This document shows, piece after piece, positions 39,268 through 51,371 of a stretch of 64,000 bases of DNA. The notes below the pieces were generated by a model, which had not been told where the DNA came from, ran no database searches, and was given only the letters and a program-made list of their open reading frames with translations. The stretch lies in NCBI RefSeq assembly GCF_001194135.2, contig NC_069005.1, forward strand, positions 19,223,260 to 19,287,259, in the 5' to 3' direction. Origin of the DNA: Octopus bimaculoides (taxonomy: Eukaryota). Position numbers and translations under genes: made by a program. Position 1 is the stretch's first letter, and each line of letters begins with the position of its first letter.

Positions 39268-40080
39268 CATCACTATCATCATCATTGTTTAACGTCTGCC
39301 TTTCATGCTGGCATGGGTTGGATGGTTTGACAGGAGCTGACCAGGCAGAAAACTGCACCAGACTTCTGTGTCTATTTTGACATGGTTTTTATGGCTGGAT
39401 GCCCATCCTAACTCCAACCACTCCATAGAATGGGCTGAGTGCTTTTTATGTGATATAAGCATGGTTTTTATAGCTGGATGCCCTTCCAAACACCAACCAC
39501 TTAAGTGTGGACTGGATGCTTTTTACTTGGCACCAGCACTGATAGGATCGCCAAGTAACTTGCAAGACAAAAATTTTTTGAGAGGGGAGGGCACATTGGC
39601 GGAGGTGATCTCATGTCAGATGATCAAAGTACAGAGGTCATAATATGTGGCAGGGCATTGCCAAAGAAACGTGAGTAGAGAGTGGTGGTGGGGAACTACT
39701 GGATAGCAGTGATACAGTGAGCAGAGCTGTGAGGACGGGATGGGAATGTGAAAGATAAACATAGTGCATGAAAGAGGAAGAGAAGAGATGTAGTTTGGTT
39801 TGTTGGGGTAGTGTGTGTGAAAAGTTTTGTTATGTGTGGGTAGAACACACACTGCTTCTAGAACTGTTTCCCTGACATGTGCAGGTCTTCTCAAGAACTT
39901 CATATCACCAAACATCTCGGTTCATTGTCATTTCCTCTGTGAAGCCCAACATCCTGAGACCAGTCCTCACCACTTCATGTAAACCTGATGCCTAGTGGCC
40001 TTTTTGGCTACCTGATATAATTCTCTGCTTCCGCTATTTACCAGTCTTTCCAGGCCTCTCTTGCATTTATAGCACTGTCA
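39268..40080 (-). mobile_element. Degenerate, internally deleted RTE-derived element with GAT tail
   Basis: Minus strand reads ...AWKDW*/SGSRELYQVAKKATRHQVY (inter-domain RTE-like), joined to EVVRTGLRMLGFTEEMTMNRDVW*YEVLEKT (RTE C-terminus). The family 3' UTR and tail end at ~39270. Confidence 0.62.
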
Positions 40081-40127
40081 CTTTTGATCTGTAGCCCTCA
40101 GTAGCTTGTCCCGAACTTCCAATTGTC

Positions 40128-40420
40128 CAGTTCTATATTTACGAGATGAGGAGTTATGTACATTATTTACACTTGACGGATATTTGTCCTCATCTTGTTT
40201 GTTGTTAACACGTTTCGGCTGATATACCCTCCAGCCTTCATCAGGTGTCTTGGGGAAATTTTGAACCTGGGTTCTCATTCCTAAGGTATTTTTCAATGTT
40301 ATTATCATTATTCAGGTCACTGCCCGGAATCGAACTCGGAATCTTGGGGTTAGTAGCCCGCGCTCTTAACCACTACGCCATATGCCCACGGGCATTTGGT
40401 GTAGTGGTTAAGAGAGCGGG
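40128..40420 (-). mobile_element. tRNA-headed SINE with hammerhead-ribozyme-like motif and 5' inverted duplication
   Basis: A box TGGCGTAGTGG (40380-40370), B box GTTCGATTC (40335-40327), GACAC-CTGATGA-A-GGCTG..CAGCC-GAAA (40249-40213), and an inverted copy of the head at 40390-40420. Confidence 0.8.
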
Positions 40421-41434
40421 TTTCACTGATATATATACTGTTAATATAGTTCCCATGGAGATTCAGTGTGACACAGAATATGACAAGGCTGCACATGATG
40501 CAACTTATAAGACCAGCATGGAGCAAACTGATCATCAGACATTACAGCCCAAATTTGAGTGGTTTTATAGTCATGCATCAGTCATACTTAGACACACCCA
40601 AAAGCACAAATACGCATACATGGAGATACAGCATTAATGATAAAAGTCTAGCATGAGCCTGCCAAGTGTGAAAGTTCTGGGCTGACCATTTCAGCACTAA
40701 TTCACATGAAACTACTGTTAACATATTCAAATTCAACTCACTAACTGAAATTTCTTTACTTGAAAGATATCACTAAACTATTAGTATAATTCTTTGTTTT
40801 AAAAATTATAATACTAATTATAATCTTGTTGCATAAAAATTGGAGTCATGAAAGAGTTAAGTGTGTGTGTGTGTGGGGGGGGGATATCTATATTCTGAAC
40901 AATTTGTTTCTTTGGGGGCAACAAATTTAGAAAAGCAATAGGACATTTATGCCTTTTTGATGCAAACCCATTTAAGACTGCCTTTGCTTCTAAAGTATAA
41001 AAAACTGTTTGTTTTAAATTGTTTTCAGCTTACATTAAAAACCATTCATTATAAATTAATGTAAGAGTTTCTTCCTGTTTAATTGTATTGAAACTTATCA
41101 ATGTTGTGAGCCATCTTGGATTAAGGGAGAAACATTACAATTAATAAAACAGATTTCTGTAGTGTGGTCAGATAATCCATAACTGAAGCTGGTGGCCAAA
41201 GAGGCTTAGGGATTAACATACTAAAGAAACATTGATGTTTGAGGATTGAATTTTCCATTAGAAGTTAGAACTCTATGGTGTAGTTTTGACAGGAAACCTG
41301 TATATCTACTGGGGTGAATGTGTGTGTGTATATATGTGTATATATATTTTCCGTATTCCCGAGCATCATACTAATACATCCTTTTGTTGTTTACACTACC
41401 TGTCCTCGTCTGTTGTTTTTTTTCGTACATTCTC

Positions 41435-41501
<67 letters not shown>

Positions 41502-41726
41502 TAAAATTAGCTATCATTGTGAGTGATGGCTAGTTATATTCTACTATATAGGCCTTACAACCATGACCATCCTGTCACCTTTGTACTGGGAACCCAGGAC
41601 CTTTTTTAAGATGGTTAACTTTGAGTCAAAAGATTTGACTGCTGTTTCTAGGAGCTCTTGTGACAATGCATAGAGGTTTCTTAATTGGCCCTTTATCAAA
41701 AGGTGAAAGTGGTGAACATGGCCTGA

Positions 41727-41898
41727 ATGAATGGGTCTTCTTTTTGCCTGTACCTCTAGTCTATGGAGTTACAACTTGGAAAAGGCACCTTTGGCTTGGC
41801 CCCAAGGTAAGTTTTTATATTGGGGTGAAACCAAAGGTACCTTTTCCTAATTGTAACTCCATGGAGTAGAGGTACATGCAAAAAGAAGACCCATTCAT
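41727..41898. repeat. 172-nt inverted repeat (79-bp arms, 14-nt loop)
   Basis: Arms 41727-41805 and 41820-41898, 70/79 complementary with no indels. Confidence 0.95.
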
Positions 41899-42809
41899 AA
41901 GTTTTCCTCTATATAAAATTTGTGCGTGCATCCCCATTTTCCTTAGGTAAGCAAAAAATTCAATTGCAACAAAAGACTAAAACCCATTGATTGCTCAACA
42001 GCCTGCAAATATATTGTAACCTTTTGATATCAATTTACCTTACCCTAAACTGCTCCTGTTTTTATAGTACAAATTTGCTGTTTTAAAGTAATTTAAATTA
42101 AGACCTTCCATCAAATTTCATGTTGATTTACCAGTCACTCACCTAACTCTGTCCAAAACACTCTCATATATTTATCCTAAACATCAATACCTGTTTTCAA
42201 ACTTCTGTTAATTTAGATCACTTTAAAGTAGGAAGGTTAGACCTTAGTACCTGAGCCATTTTCAGATGGATTGGCATCAAAAAGGTTAAAATTTACATAA
42301 AATTTTGATGGACAGTAATTAAGATGGTTTATAAACTTTTTAAAGTCGTTCAACTTGGCAAAAAGCTTTATCGAAGCATACAGCATTTTGTTTTCTCGTT
42401 AATGACAAGGCAGAAAGACAAAAAACAAAAAACAACCTTGTACTAATATTTGGTAGGGTACTGGTATTTATGAATTTAAGCCCCAAATCAATCTTGATTG
42501 AGCAGATTTATGACTAAAAGTGTCCCCCATGGCCCTCTTATCTTTGTTCTTCTGACATCCAATGTACCCATTTTTTAACAGAAGGATATAGTTTGGGAAG
42601 ATCGGGCTGTTATTTCTAGCTGGTAAAGTGACTGTATCAAGGTTTTCAATGACCCACTTTGTTGTGTATTTGTGGTTATTGGTGCTTCTTGCAGAAAGTA
42701 GTTTCTTCTATAGTGCTTGATATATTCAACCTCTATAGGTTAGCACGTTTCATTTTAATATATTTAAGTGTAAGGATTTGAAGTTTTGCTTCAAATCCAT
42801 TTTAATTTT

Positions 42810-43262
42810 AGTGTTATTTAAACCATCCATACCCAACCAAAATTATTCTACCTGTGTTAAGTTCAAACTGGCCAGATCTAGCCTCTCACACCTACCTTCC
42901 AATGTCATTCTAAAATTAAACAATCACATCTTCAAAATCTTGAAGCTGTGAGATAATGCATGATTAATTCAAAACTGAATAAACATTACAGTCAACAGAG
43001 TAACCTGAATGCTAAAGGATTAAATGTCATCTGGAAAGGGTTATGTTCCTCTATTTAGATGACATTTTCTGCATACTTTGCAGTGTAGTGCCTCAGGTTG
43101 TTGTTACTTGTGCACTTGGTTACTGAGGGTCATATTTCAGACACGACTAGATTGATACCAGACAGCCAACCAACCAAGACACTTAACCCTTTAGCATTCA
43201 GATGACTCAGTCAAACGTGATGCTTATTTATTCATTGTTTTGAATTGGTCATACATTATATA
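42810..43262. mobile_element. Two family-1 TTAA MITE copies in inverted orientation (42810-43023 minus; 43183-43262 plus, truncated)
   Basis: ...AATGCTAAAGGATTAA and TTAACCCTTTAGCATTCAGATGACTC. Confidence 0.6.
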
Positions 43263-44867
43263 ACTTAAATTAAATGTAATCTTTTGCCAACAGCTTGGTC
43301 TGTCTATCTTGCTGTAAACAAGTATTTCCAGGTGAAATGAGTCACTACAATAAGAAATAGTAACACTATGAAACTGGAGTGTTTTTTAAGCTTGCAGGAC
43401 TGAGTTCTTATGTTTATGTTGGACTGGGCCATGATCGGAGACCACAATGTGCCCCCCCCCCCCGATACAGTGTTGTATTTTGAGGGAGCTTTTACATGGT
43501 TGCTCAGCTGGTTAGAATTGTCATCTTTCAAACTACAGCCTATTGTCTTAGGGGATCCATTGTGTAATGTGGTGCTGTGTTTCAGTGGGCTTTTGGTGAG
43601 TAAAAAAAATAGGATGCTCTGAGCTAGAATATTTTTAATCATCAACCTGCAATATAAAGGCTAGTTTGTGACCAAACGGAGGGAGTTCATTGAGTTCTCA
43701 ATCATTTCTATTGTTTATTTCTTCTTGGTTCTCTCTATCTCATATATGTGTATATATATTGTGGCACCTTCTACTTTAGCCCTGAGTCAATGAAACCCTT
43801 GTGAATGGATCTGGTAGTTAGAAATTGAAAGAAGCCTGTTGTATGTATGTGTTTGCACATACATATCCTTGACACCTTGTGATGGTTGTAATTGAGCCAG
43901 TCTTCCATAAAAACATCTTTGGTCATAGGGAAATATTACCTTGTTTGGAAACATGGTTAGCAACAGGAAGGGCATCCAACTGTAAAAAATCTGCCTCAAA
44001 TTCCATCTGACCCATGCAAGCATGGAAAAGTATATATATCATGGTATGTGCTACCAAGTCATTTTCACTTGCAAATGATGACTGGATATGTATTTCTTTT
44101 TTTACACTTTCTTGTAGCAAAACTTTATCATGAAATATTTATTAATTTGATTTTTATGTCTATTTTACCATGCTAGCATGGGTTAGACACTTGTATTATT
44201 GCAATTTTGTTTTACAGTCAGTCGTTTCTGTCACTGACCTTTACCTTCTAAGTAAAAGATCTTTCATTTTGCACATCTTCAAAAGTACAGAGCCAGATGC
44301 TTTTTTGACAGAGGAAATGATATTGTTTCCTCTTGTAACTTAGTTTCCATCTACCAAATTCTCTTACGTGGCATTCACCATGGGGTTGTAGTGAACTTCT
44401 CACCCATATAGCCATGCCTGCACTTATAACTTTTAAAATATTCATGTCCTTAAATATATCCTGGTTTCTGTACTTCCATATCTTTCCAACCTTTTAAAGG
44501 CAGACTCTCTCTTTCTCTCTCTCTCTCTCACATAATGTCTGAATTGTATGTCTATTGTTTCTGTCTGTATCTGCTGTCTTGTATGTATGTCTGTGTATTA
44601 TTAGTTCATTTTGAGTAAAATCATTGTGATGAGTTTAAGTAGAACACTGTTTATTTGTTATCGTAATATTAAACATTTGTCTGATAAGAATCTCTTGACT
44701 TTTCAGTTGTAACAAAGTCTAGTTTTGTCATCACTGTTGTTTTAAAGAAAATCCGGTTGTTTGTTACACTTTTCAACATCTTTAAATGGTTGTTTAATAG
44801 TTTTTTTTTGTTTGTTTGTTTTAGTTATACATTTAAAAAAAGTTTTTTTCTATATACTAATGTTTGC

Positions 44868-45230
44868 AGCTGTGGATATGTGGTTGAGAATTGTGCTTCC
44901 CAACCACATGGTTTCAGGTTCAGTCCTATTGCATGGCACCTTGGTCAAGTGTCTTCCATATCCCTGGGCTGACCAAAGTCATGTAAGTGCATTTGGTAGA
45001 CAGAAACTGAAAGAAGCCAGTGTGTGTGTGTGCATATCTGTATATGTTTGTGTCTCCTTGTCTTGACAACTTGTGGTTGTTGTAAATGTGTGTCGTTTCT
45101 TTCTAATATTCTATGAAAACATGCTTGGCTATGAAGAGCATCTGACTGTAGAACATTTGCTTTTGCAAATTCTGTCTGACCCATGCAAGCATAAAAAAAT
45201 GAAGGTTTAAACAATGATGATGATGATGAT
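44868..45230 (+). mobile_element. Major SINE head with RTE-type tail
   Basis: Ends GACCCATGCAAGCATAAAAAAATGAAGGTTTAAACAATGATGATGATG. Confidence 0.75.
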
Positions 45231-46789
45231 GAATGTCCTTACACGTGTTTGTCTCAAGTGTACCCGTTTCTGCTGTTGTGTCCCAGGTCAGTTCAAATCT
45301 GGCCATGGCCATTTCATATTTTCAAGGAATGTATCCAGGACTGCATTATTCAATGTGTCTTTCCTTTTTCAAAAGCTAGTAAGGTGTGGTGTCAGTGGAA
45401 TTTTGTTGCTATTTCTAGCTGTTCAAGAGAGCATACAGGAGCTCTGTCATTTGCTTTTCAATGTCTATATGTGTGTATAGATATGTATGCCAGCATATTA
45501 CATAAATATGCATAAATGTTAAATGGAGATAGTGCAGAAGCCAACCGTAACATGCATGTATGCATACATACACAGATGTATGTGGGTGTGTTGTCTTCAC
45601 ACTACACTAAAAAAAAAGCCAGTGTTTGTTTTTTCAACAAATAAAGGCTGGTAAAATGAGTACTGAAGTCAATATGATTTATGAGTAAACCTTTGACAGC
45701 AGCGTCCCAGTATATCTGCAGTCCAGTGGCTGAAAACAGTTAACCCTTTTGTTATATTTTTCTTGAAATACACTGCGTTTATTTCAGTGAATGTTGTGAG
45801 ACAGAATTTTGATAAATGGTTTTAATTTAGATCACTTTATAACAGGAAGTCTTCATATCATAGATCCATGGTGATCTTGAGCAGCTGAGTATGAAGATTA
45901 ACCTTTTAAAATTTAAACCGGCTATATGTGACCCAAATATTCTACCCATTGACAGATGGACAGTTGGTCGGTAACTTACACATATTTTTCAAGTAAGGGA
46001 TCTGGGAATTTAATATTCCTCATGTCTTCAAAAGATGCAAGGCCAGTAGATGGTTTGACAAAGGAAATAGCAACACCACCTCCTTGTATCTCAATGATTT
46101 TTGTAGCAATACAAATGTAAAACACACACACAACCATCATGTTTCTTCCAGTTTGTCTATTAAATCCACTCGCAAAGCTTCGGTTAGCCTTGAGCTATAA
46201 TGAAAGATATTTGTTCCCATGGTGCTTTACAGTAGAATTGAACTCAAAGCCACATGGTTGGGAAGTAAATTTGTGAAGGTTCCCAGCCATGTTTGCAATC
46301 TATGTTCTTAAGGCAAAAATACAGACTTCAATCAGAAGGCTGCAAAATCCTCCACTCCTATCATAACCATAATGACTGGTGATAGTACAATAATTATGGC
46401 TGAGTCTATGGTGGTAATGCTGATAATATGCATGACTACTTGGGAAGCATGTTGGAAATGTCTTTAATTGGTTCTGAAGCTTATCTAACTATTGGCCTTG
46501 ACCACTTGACTGCTTCTTGTGATAATAGTGGTGATGGTGGTGATGATCTTTGCTTTCTGCAGCTCACACATCTTATCTAGTTTGTTAATTATTTTTCCTT
46601 ATTTGTAGTGATGACATCGCTAAAAATTTAGATATTACAGATGAACTCTTGTGTTTGTGCTTTTCCCCCTCCACTAATCTTATGACTATAAAACCTAAAA
46701 CTTATAAGAAAACTGTCATTCACAGTCATGGCTATGCTTGTCTGTGGTGTGTGCAGTGGGCTTGTTATACTAGTCCGGATAAAAATTTT

Positions 46790-47122
46790 TTAGGTGGCTT
46801 GCTTCCCAACCATGTGGTCTTGGGTTCCATCTCACTGTACACTGCCTTGGGCTAGTGTCTTCTGCTATAGCTCTGGGTCAACCAAAGTCTTGTGAGTGGA
46901 TTCTGTAGACAGAAACTGAGAGAAGCCCATCATGTATTTGTTTGACAACTGGTGATGGTTCATTTGCATCCTCATAACTTAAGAGTTCAACAAAAGAAAC
47001 TGACAGAATACAGACCAGACATTAACCAAAAAAAAAAAATCAAGTACTGGGGTTGATTTGTTCATCTAAACCTTTCGAGGTTGTGCCCCAGCTGCAGTCC
47101 AATGACTGAAACAAGTAAAAGA
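46790..47122 (+). mobile_element. Major SINE
   Basis: Head through tail CAGTCCAATGACTGAAACAAGTAAAAG. Confidence 0.75.
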
Positions 47123-47299
47123 AAGGCAAAAATGGACACATCTTGGTATAATGATGGTGGTTTCACTTCCAGTTGGTGCAGTTCCTGCACAGGCATGTCT
47201 GTATGGTTAGAGAATTAGATTCATAACCATAAGGCTTTGAGTTCAGCATTAACATATGACACCTTTTGAAAGTGTTTTCTGTAGCTCTTCAATTCTTCA

Positions 47300-47760
47300 A
47301 TTCCTCTTCCCCCTACCTCTCTCCTCTCCTTCCACGTGACCAGTGTTCCACCAAGCCTGACCTTTCTTTCTTGGTTCAACTACCATCCATCTAGCATCTC
47401 TTATATTCCTTCCCATGACTTTCGTACTTAGTCGAAAAACACCTATTGTTGATATTTGTAATTGTATACCATTTCTCCGTTTTATTTTGTCCTTGTTTTC
47501 GTATACATTCGTTTGCTTTCTTCCAAAGAATCTTGTGCTCTTAGCTTAGACTTTCTTGGGGCCAGCCAGATTAGAGCAGTCTCCAGTGAAACTAGCCGAA
47601 ACTGCAATGATGATCTGGTACTCAACTGAAGATAGAAAGCTCCAAATGACCCATCCTTGTCTTTTTCCTGTCCTTTTCTGTATCATCTGTCCAGATGTTC
47701 TGTTGTTTCCTGTTACATTCTTGTTCCATTTTTTGTTTTGTTTTATATATATATATAGGT
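47300..47760 (+). mobile_element. Possible Penelope-like element terminal repeat relic
   Basis: Pyrimidine-rich flanks, gccgaaac and ctgaagatagaaagctc motifs, ends in (TA)n. No protein evidence. Confidence 0.35.
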
Positions 47761-47918
47761 AAGCAGTTAGCAGTTGGAATAACCATCTAAGGGATAATAG
47801 TATCCATTCTTACTACTGGTATTATTTATCTATGCTATCCCTGGGCATGGGTATGCAAGCACACTATGCTCATAGGGTACAGGTAATAACAGAATAAACA
47901 AAAGTTTATCAGGAATCA

Positions 47919-48418
47919 AATTTAAATAAGCAGAAAATGGAGAAAACTTTTGATCAACAATCAATCAAATTGACCAACATCGGTTGATTATTTTTTAATA
48001 CAAAACATGGCCTAACATTTCTTATGGCTGTTTCCACTGCCAATGTTAGACTGTGCTTATGAAGAAATTCTGAAAATATTTGTCATCTTCATAGTACATG
48101 GAGCTTCATCAGAGTGAAAAATGTATAAAATAAAATAAACGAAAGGAAGAGAAAAGAACAGGGCCTTGAGATGAGGCCAGAAGGCTCAATATATTAAAAG
48201 CATACCATCTTGCAGCATGAAGCTTAAGTTGATAGGCAAAAGAGTGAACTAGCAGTGATCTGGGAAAATATTTATGGTTTATCTCTAAATAAAGGGGAAC
48301 CAGGGTGTGTAAATAGTAGTGAAATGAAACTACTATTTACACACCCAAAATAATCAACAGATGTTGGTCAATTTGATTGTTGATCAAAAGTTTTCTCCAT
48401 TTTCTGCATATTCAAATT
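47919..48418. repeat. Long-range inverted repeat enclosing a perfect 18-bp hairpin
   Basis: Arms 47930-47994 and 48347-48407 (one 4-nt duplication, one mismatch). Inner stem GGGTGTGTAAATAGTAGT / ACTACTATTTACACACCC at 48303-48346. Confidence 0.93.
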
Positions 48419-48722
48419 ATATATATATCTCATGGACTCTTCCGTCATTAGATGAGGGTTGGGTAATATCTTGCTGAACAGCCACACAGATGATTTGTTT
48501 ATAGTGACACAAATGTTTGTGAACACATAAGCGCACTCCCTCCATCAAATTGACATTACCTGTACAGGTGCACCGTGTTCCGCTTGTCATGACAAAATGA
48601 TCGCAGAGCAACATAAAATGAAGTGCTTTGCTCAAGAACACAACGCAATGCCTGATCTGGGAATTGAAACCATGATTTCGCAACCTTGAGTGCAGCACCC
48701 TAACCACTAAGTCATGTGCTTT

Positions 48723-48724
<2 letters not shown>

Positions 48725-48800
<76 letters not shown>
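48725..48800. repeat. (CA)n microsatellite
   Basis: Direct reading. Confidence 0.95.
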
Positions 48801-48802
<2 letters not shown>

Positions 48803-49501
48803 GAAATCAATAAAAAGAGTACAGTGGTGCAGAGTGGAAAATTCAACGTTTCAAACAATCCTCCCTCTAGAGGGAAAAGTTGAAAGGAGAGAAATTGAGA
48901 GACAGCAGAGTTTTACATACTCTAAGTTTGTTGTGATAGTTTCTTCAAAAGAAGACCCTGTCCAAAGAAGCATTGACATTTGTGCCCTGCTACCACATGC
49001 AGATAGATTCAAATTAGAGAAACTCTTTGGCTCGGCTTGTTTAGTTGATAACAGGACTCATGTCCTACTTAACAGTGAAGAAAGTTAGTGGCAGGAAAGA
49101 CAGCCACTCATAAAACCAATTGCTCCAACAGCATGCACCGTTTTTTCTTTTTTTTTTTTTCTCTATAAACCACCCATCCTACCTACCCTTCCTACTGACA
49201 TGGAACATGTTATGGGAAAACAGTTTAGCAAGAGAAATATTATAAAACAAATATATTTGGTTTATTTTTCATTCCTTAACCAAATGTGGCTTATTTGTTT
49301 TACAGTTGTTGTCTCGTGTGTAGCATGTACTCAGCTGTGGCAATCGTGTTTTTGTGTGTGAATATCCATTGACTGAAGACCTCTCACTGTCTCCAAATAA
49401 ATACTGCTGTCCCCACTCTTACACCTCATCTTTTATATACAAGTCAAAGTGGTGCATTCTCCCTCTTTTGGTGGTCGAAGAAGGGGTGTGAGAAATGGCT
49501 A

Positions 49502-49722
49502 CCCTTTTCATTACCATAATTTTATTGAAAAACACTGCCTTTGTTTTGAATTTAATTTCGAAAATAATGAATTTCATAAAATGATTTTGTCATTATTAAG
49601 CTGATGTTTGGAACATAGGTTAATGAAATATTTGGATGGACGTTTTTAGATCACTTTAGAACAAGAAATTTGTGTCATAAAACAAGGGATGATCTCATGC
49701 GAGTTGGTGTTAAAAGGGTTAA
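49502..49722. mobile_element. TTAA-type MITE, family 2
   Basis: CCCTTTTCATTACC ... AAAAGGG|TTAA; related to 45740-45902 and 56237-56413. Confidence 0.55.
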
Positions 49723-50506
49723 GGTTTTATTTGTTTGCATTTGTTTAATCTTCTCTGGGACAATTTTTCTTATATATGTACAGGTATGGCTCTGTGGCTA
49801 AGAAGTTTGCTTCCCAGCCCCATTGTTTCAGGGTCTGTTTCACTATATAGTACATTGGGTAAGTGTCTACTACTATGGCATTGGGCCAACTAAAGCCTTG
49901 TGAATGGATTTGGTAGATGGAAATTGAAAAGAAGACTAGTGTGTGTGCACATGTCTTTTTTACATTTGAATTTGTATCCATGAAAGTTGCAACCTTCGAG
50001 CAGTGTTGTTTTTGCCAATTCTCTTAAATAATCTACTCACTTCTCACATTTGAAAGCTATATGGAATAAGAGATCCTTTACTTTGAAAAACATAAAGGTT
50101 AGAGACAGGAAGAGCATCTAGCTGTCAAGCAATACTACAAGAAAATTTTCGTCTAACCCATTCTAGCATTAAATACGGATATAAATGAAAAATAAATTTG
50201 TGCATTCTGTATATTTATATACTTATACACATAATAGGTAAGACTTTAAAAAAGGTGTATAATAGATACATTGTGCTCAGACTTAAAAACCTAATGTAGA
50301 ATAAAGGGAGGAGGAGTCCAGGCAATGTGCCAGTTGAGCTAGGAAAAGATGGACAGGCATTTGTAAATGATATCTAATCATTTATAAAATAATTATTTTA
50401 AAAATGATCCAATCCTATTTACAATTGCCTTTCCATCTTTATTTTTATTTATATATATATATAATATAATCATACATGTATATTTCTATATTATATACAT
50501 ACATAC

Positions 50507-51368
50507 TGCGCTGAAAGTGTAGCTGCTAGAATAAGAATAGCCTGGGCAAAGTTTAGAGAGCTCTTACCTCTGCTGGCGACAAAGGGACTCTCACTCACAG
50601 TAAAAGGCAGACTGTATGACGCATGTGTACAAACAGCCATGCTACATGGCAGTGAAACATGGGCTGTGACTGCTGAGGACATGCGTAAGCTCACAAAGAA
50701 TGAAGCCAGTATGCTCCGCTGGATGTGTAATGTCAATGTGAATACCCGTCAGAGTGTAAGTATCTTGAGAGAAAAGCTGAACATAAGAAGCATCAGTTGT
50801 GGTGTGCAAGAGAGACGATTGCGCTGGTTTGGACATGTGGTGAGAATGAATGAGGATAGCTGCGTGAAAAAGTGCCACACCCTNNNNNNNNNNNNNNNNN
50901 NNNNNNNNNNNNNNNNNNNNNNNNNNNNNNNNNNNNNNNNNNNNNNNNNNNNNNNNNNNNNNNNNNNNNNNNNNNNNNNNNNNNNNNNNNNNNNNNNNNN
51001 NNNNNNNNNNNNNNNNNNNNNNNNNNNNNNNNNNNNNNNNNNNNNNNNNNNNNNNNNNNNNNNNNNNNNNNNNNNNNNNNNNNCTTTGTAGGGTTTTCGA
51101 GCGAGATCGTTGCCAGTGCCCCTGGACTGGCTCCTGTGCGGATGGCACATAAAAGACACCATTTCGAGCGTGGCCGTTTTCGTGCGGGTGACACGTAAAA
51201 GCACCCTCTACACTCTCTGAGTGGTTGACGTTAGGAAGGGCATCCAGCTGTAGAAACTCTGCCAAATTAGATTGGAGCCTGGTGTTGCCATCCGGTTTCA
51301 CCAGTCCTCAATCAAATCGTCCAACCCATGCTAGCATGGAAAGCGGACGTTAAACGATGATAATGATT
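50507..51368 (+). mobile_element. 5'-truncated RTE-clade LINE (ORF C-terminus, gap, 3' UTR, GAT tail)
   Basis: CAESVAARIRIAWAKFRELLPLLATKGLSLTVKGRLYDACVQTAMLHGSETWAVTAEDMRKL...RRLRWFGHVVRM is a typical RTE post-RT region. It ends ...AAGCGGACGTTAAACGATGATAATGAT. Candidate 7-bp TSD TACATAC at 50500-50506 and 51368-51374. Confidence 0.92.
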
Positions 51369-51371
51369 ACA

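Noticed and set aside
40315-40387. tRNA gene
   Set aside because: A and B boxes are present, but there is no acceptor stem and the anticodon stem is broken; it is a SINE head
48714-49088. 124-aa ORF
   Set aside because: Begins in (CA)n; the remainder has no motif or flanking splice signals
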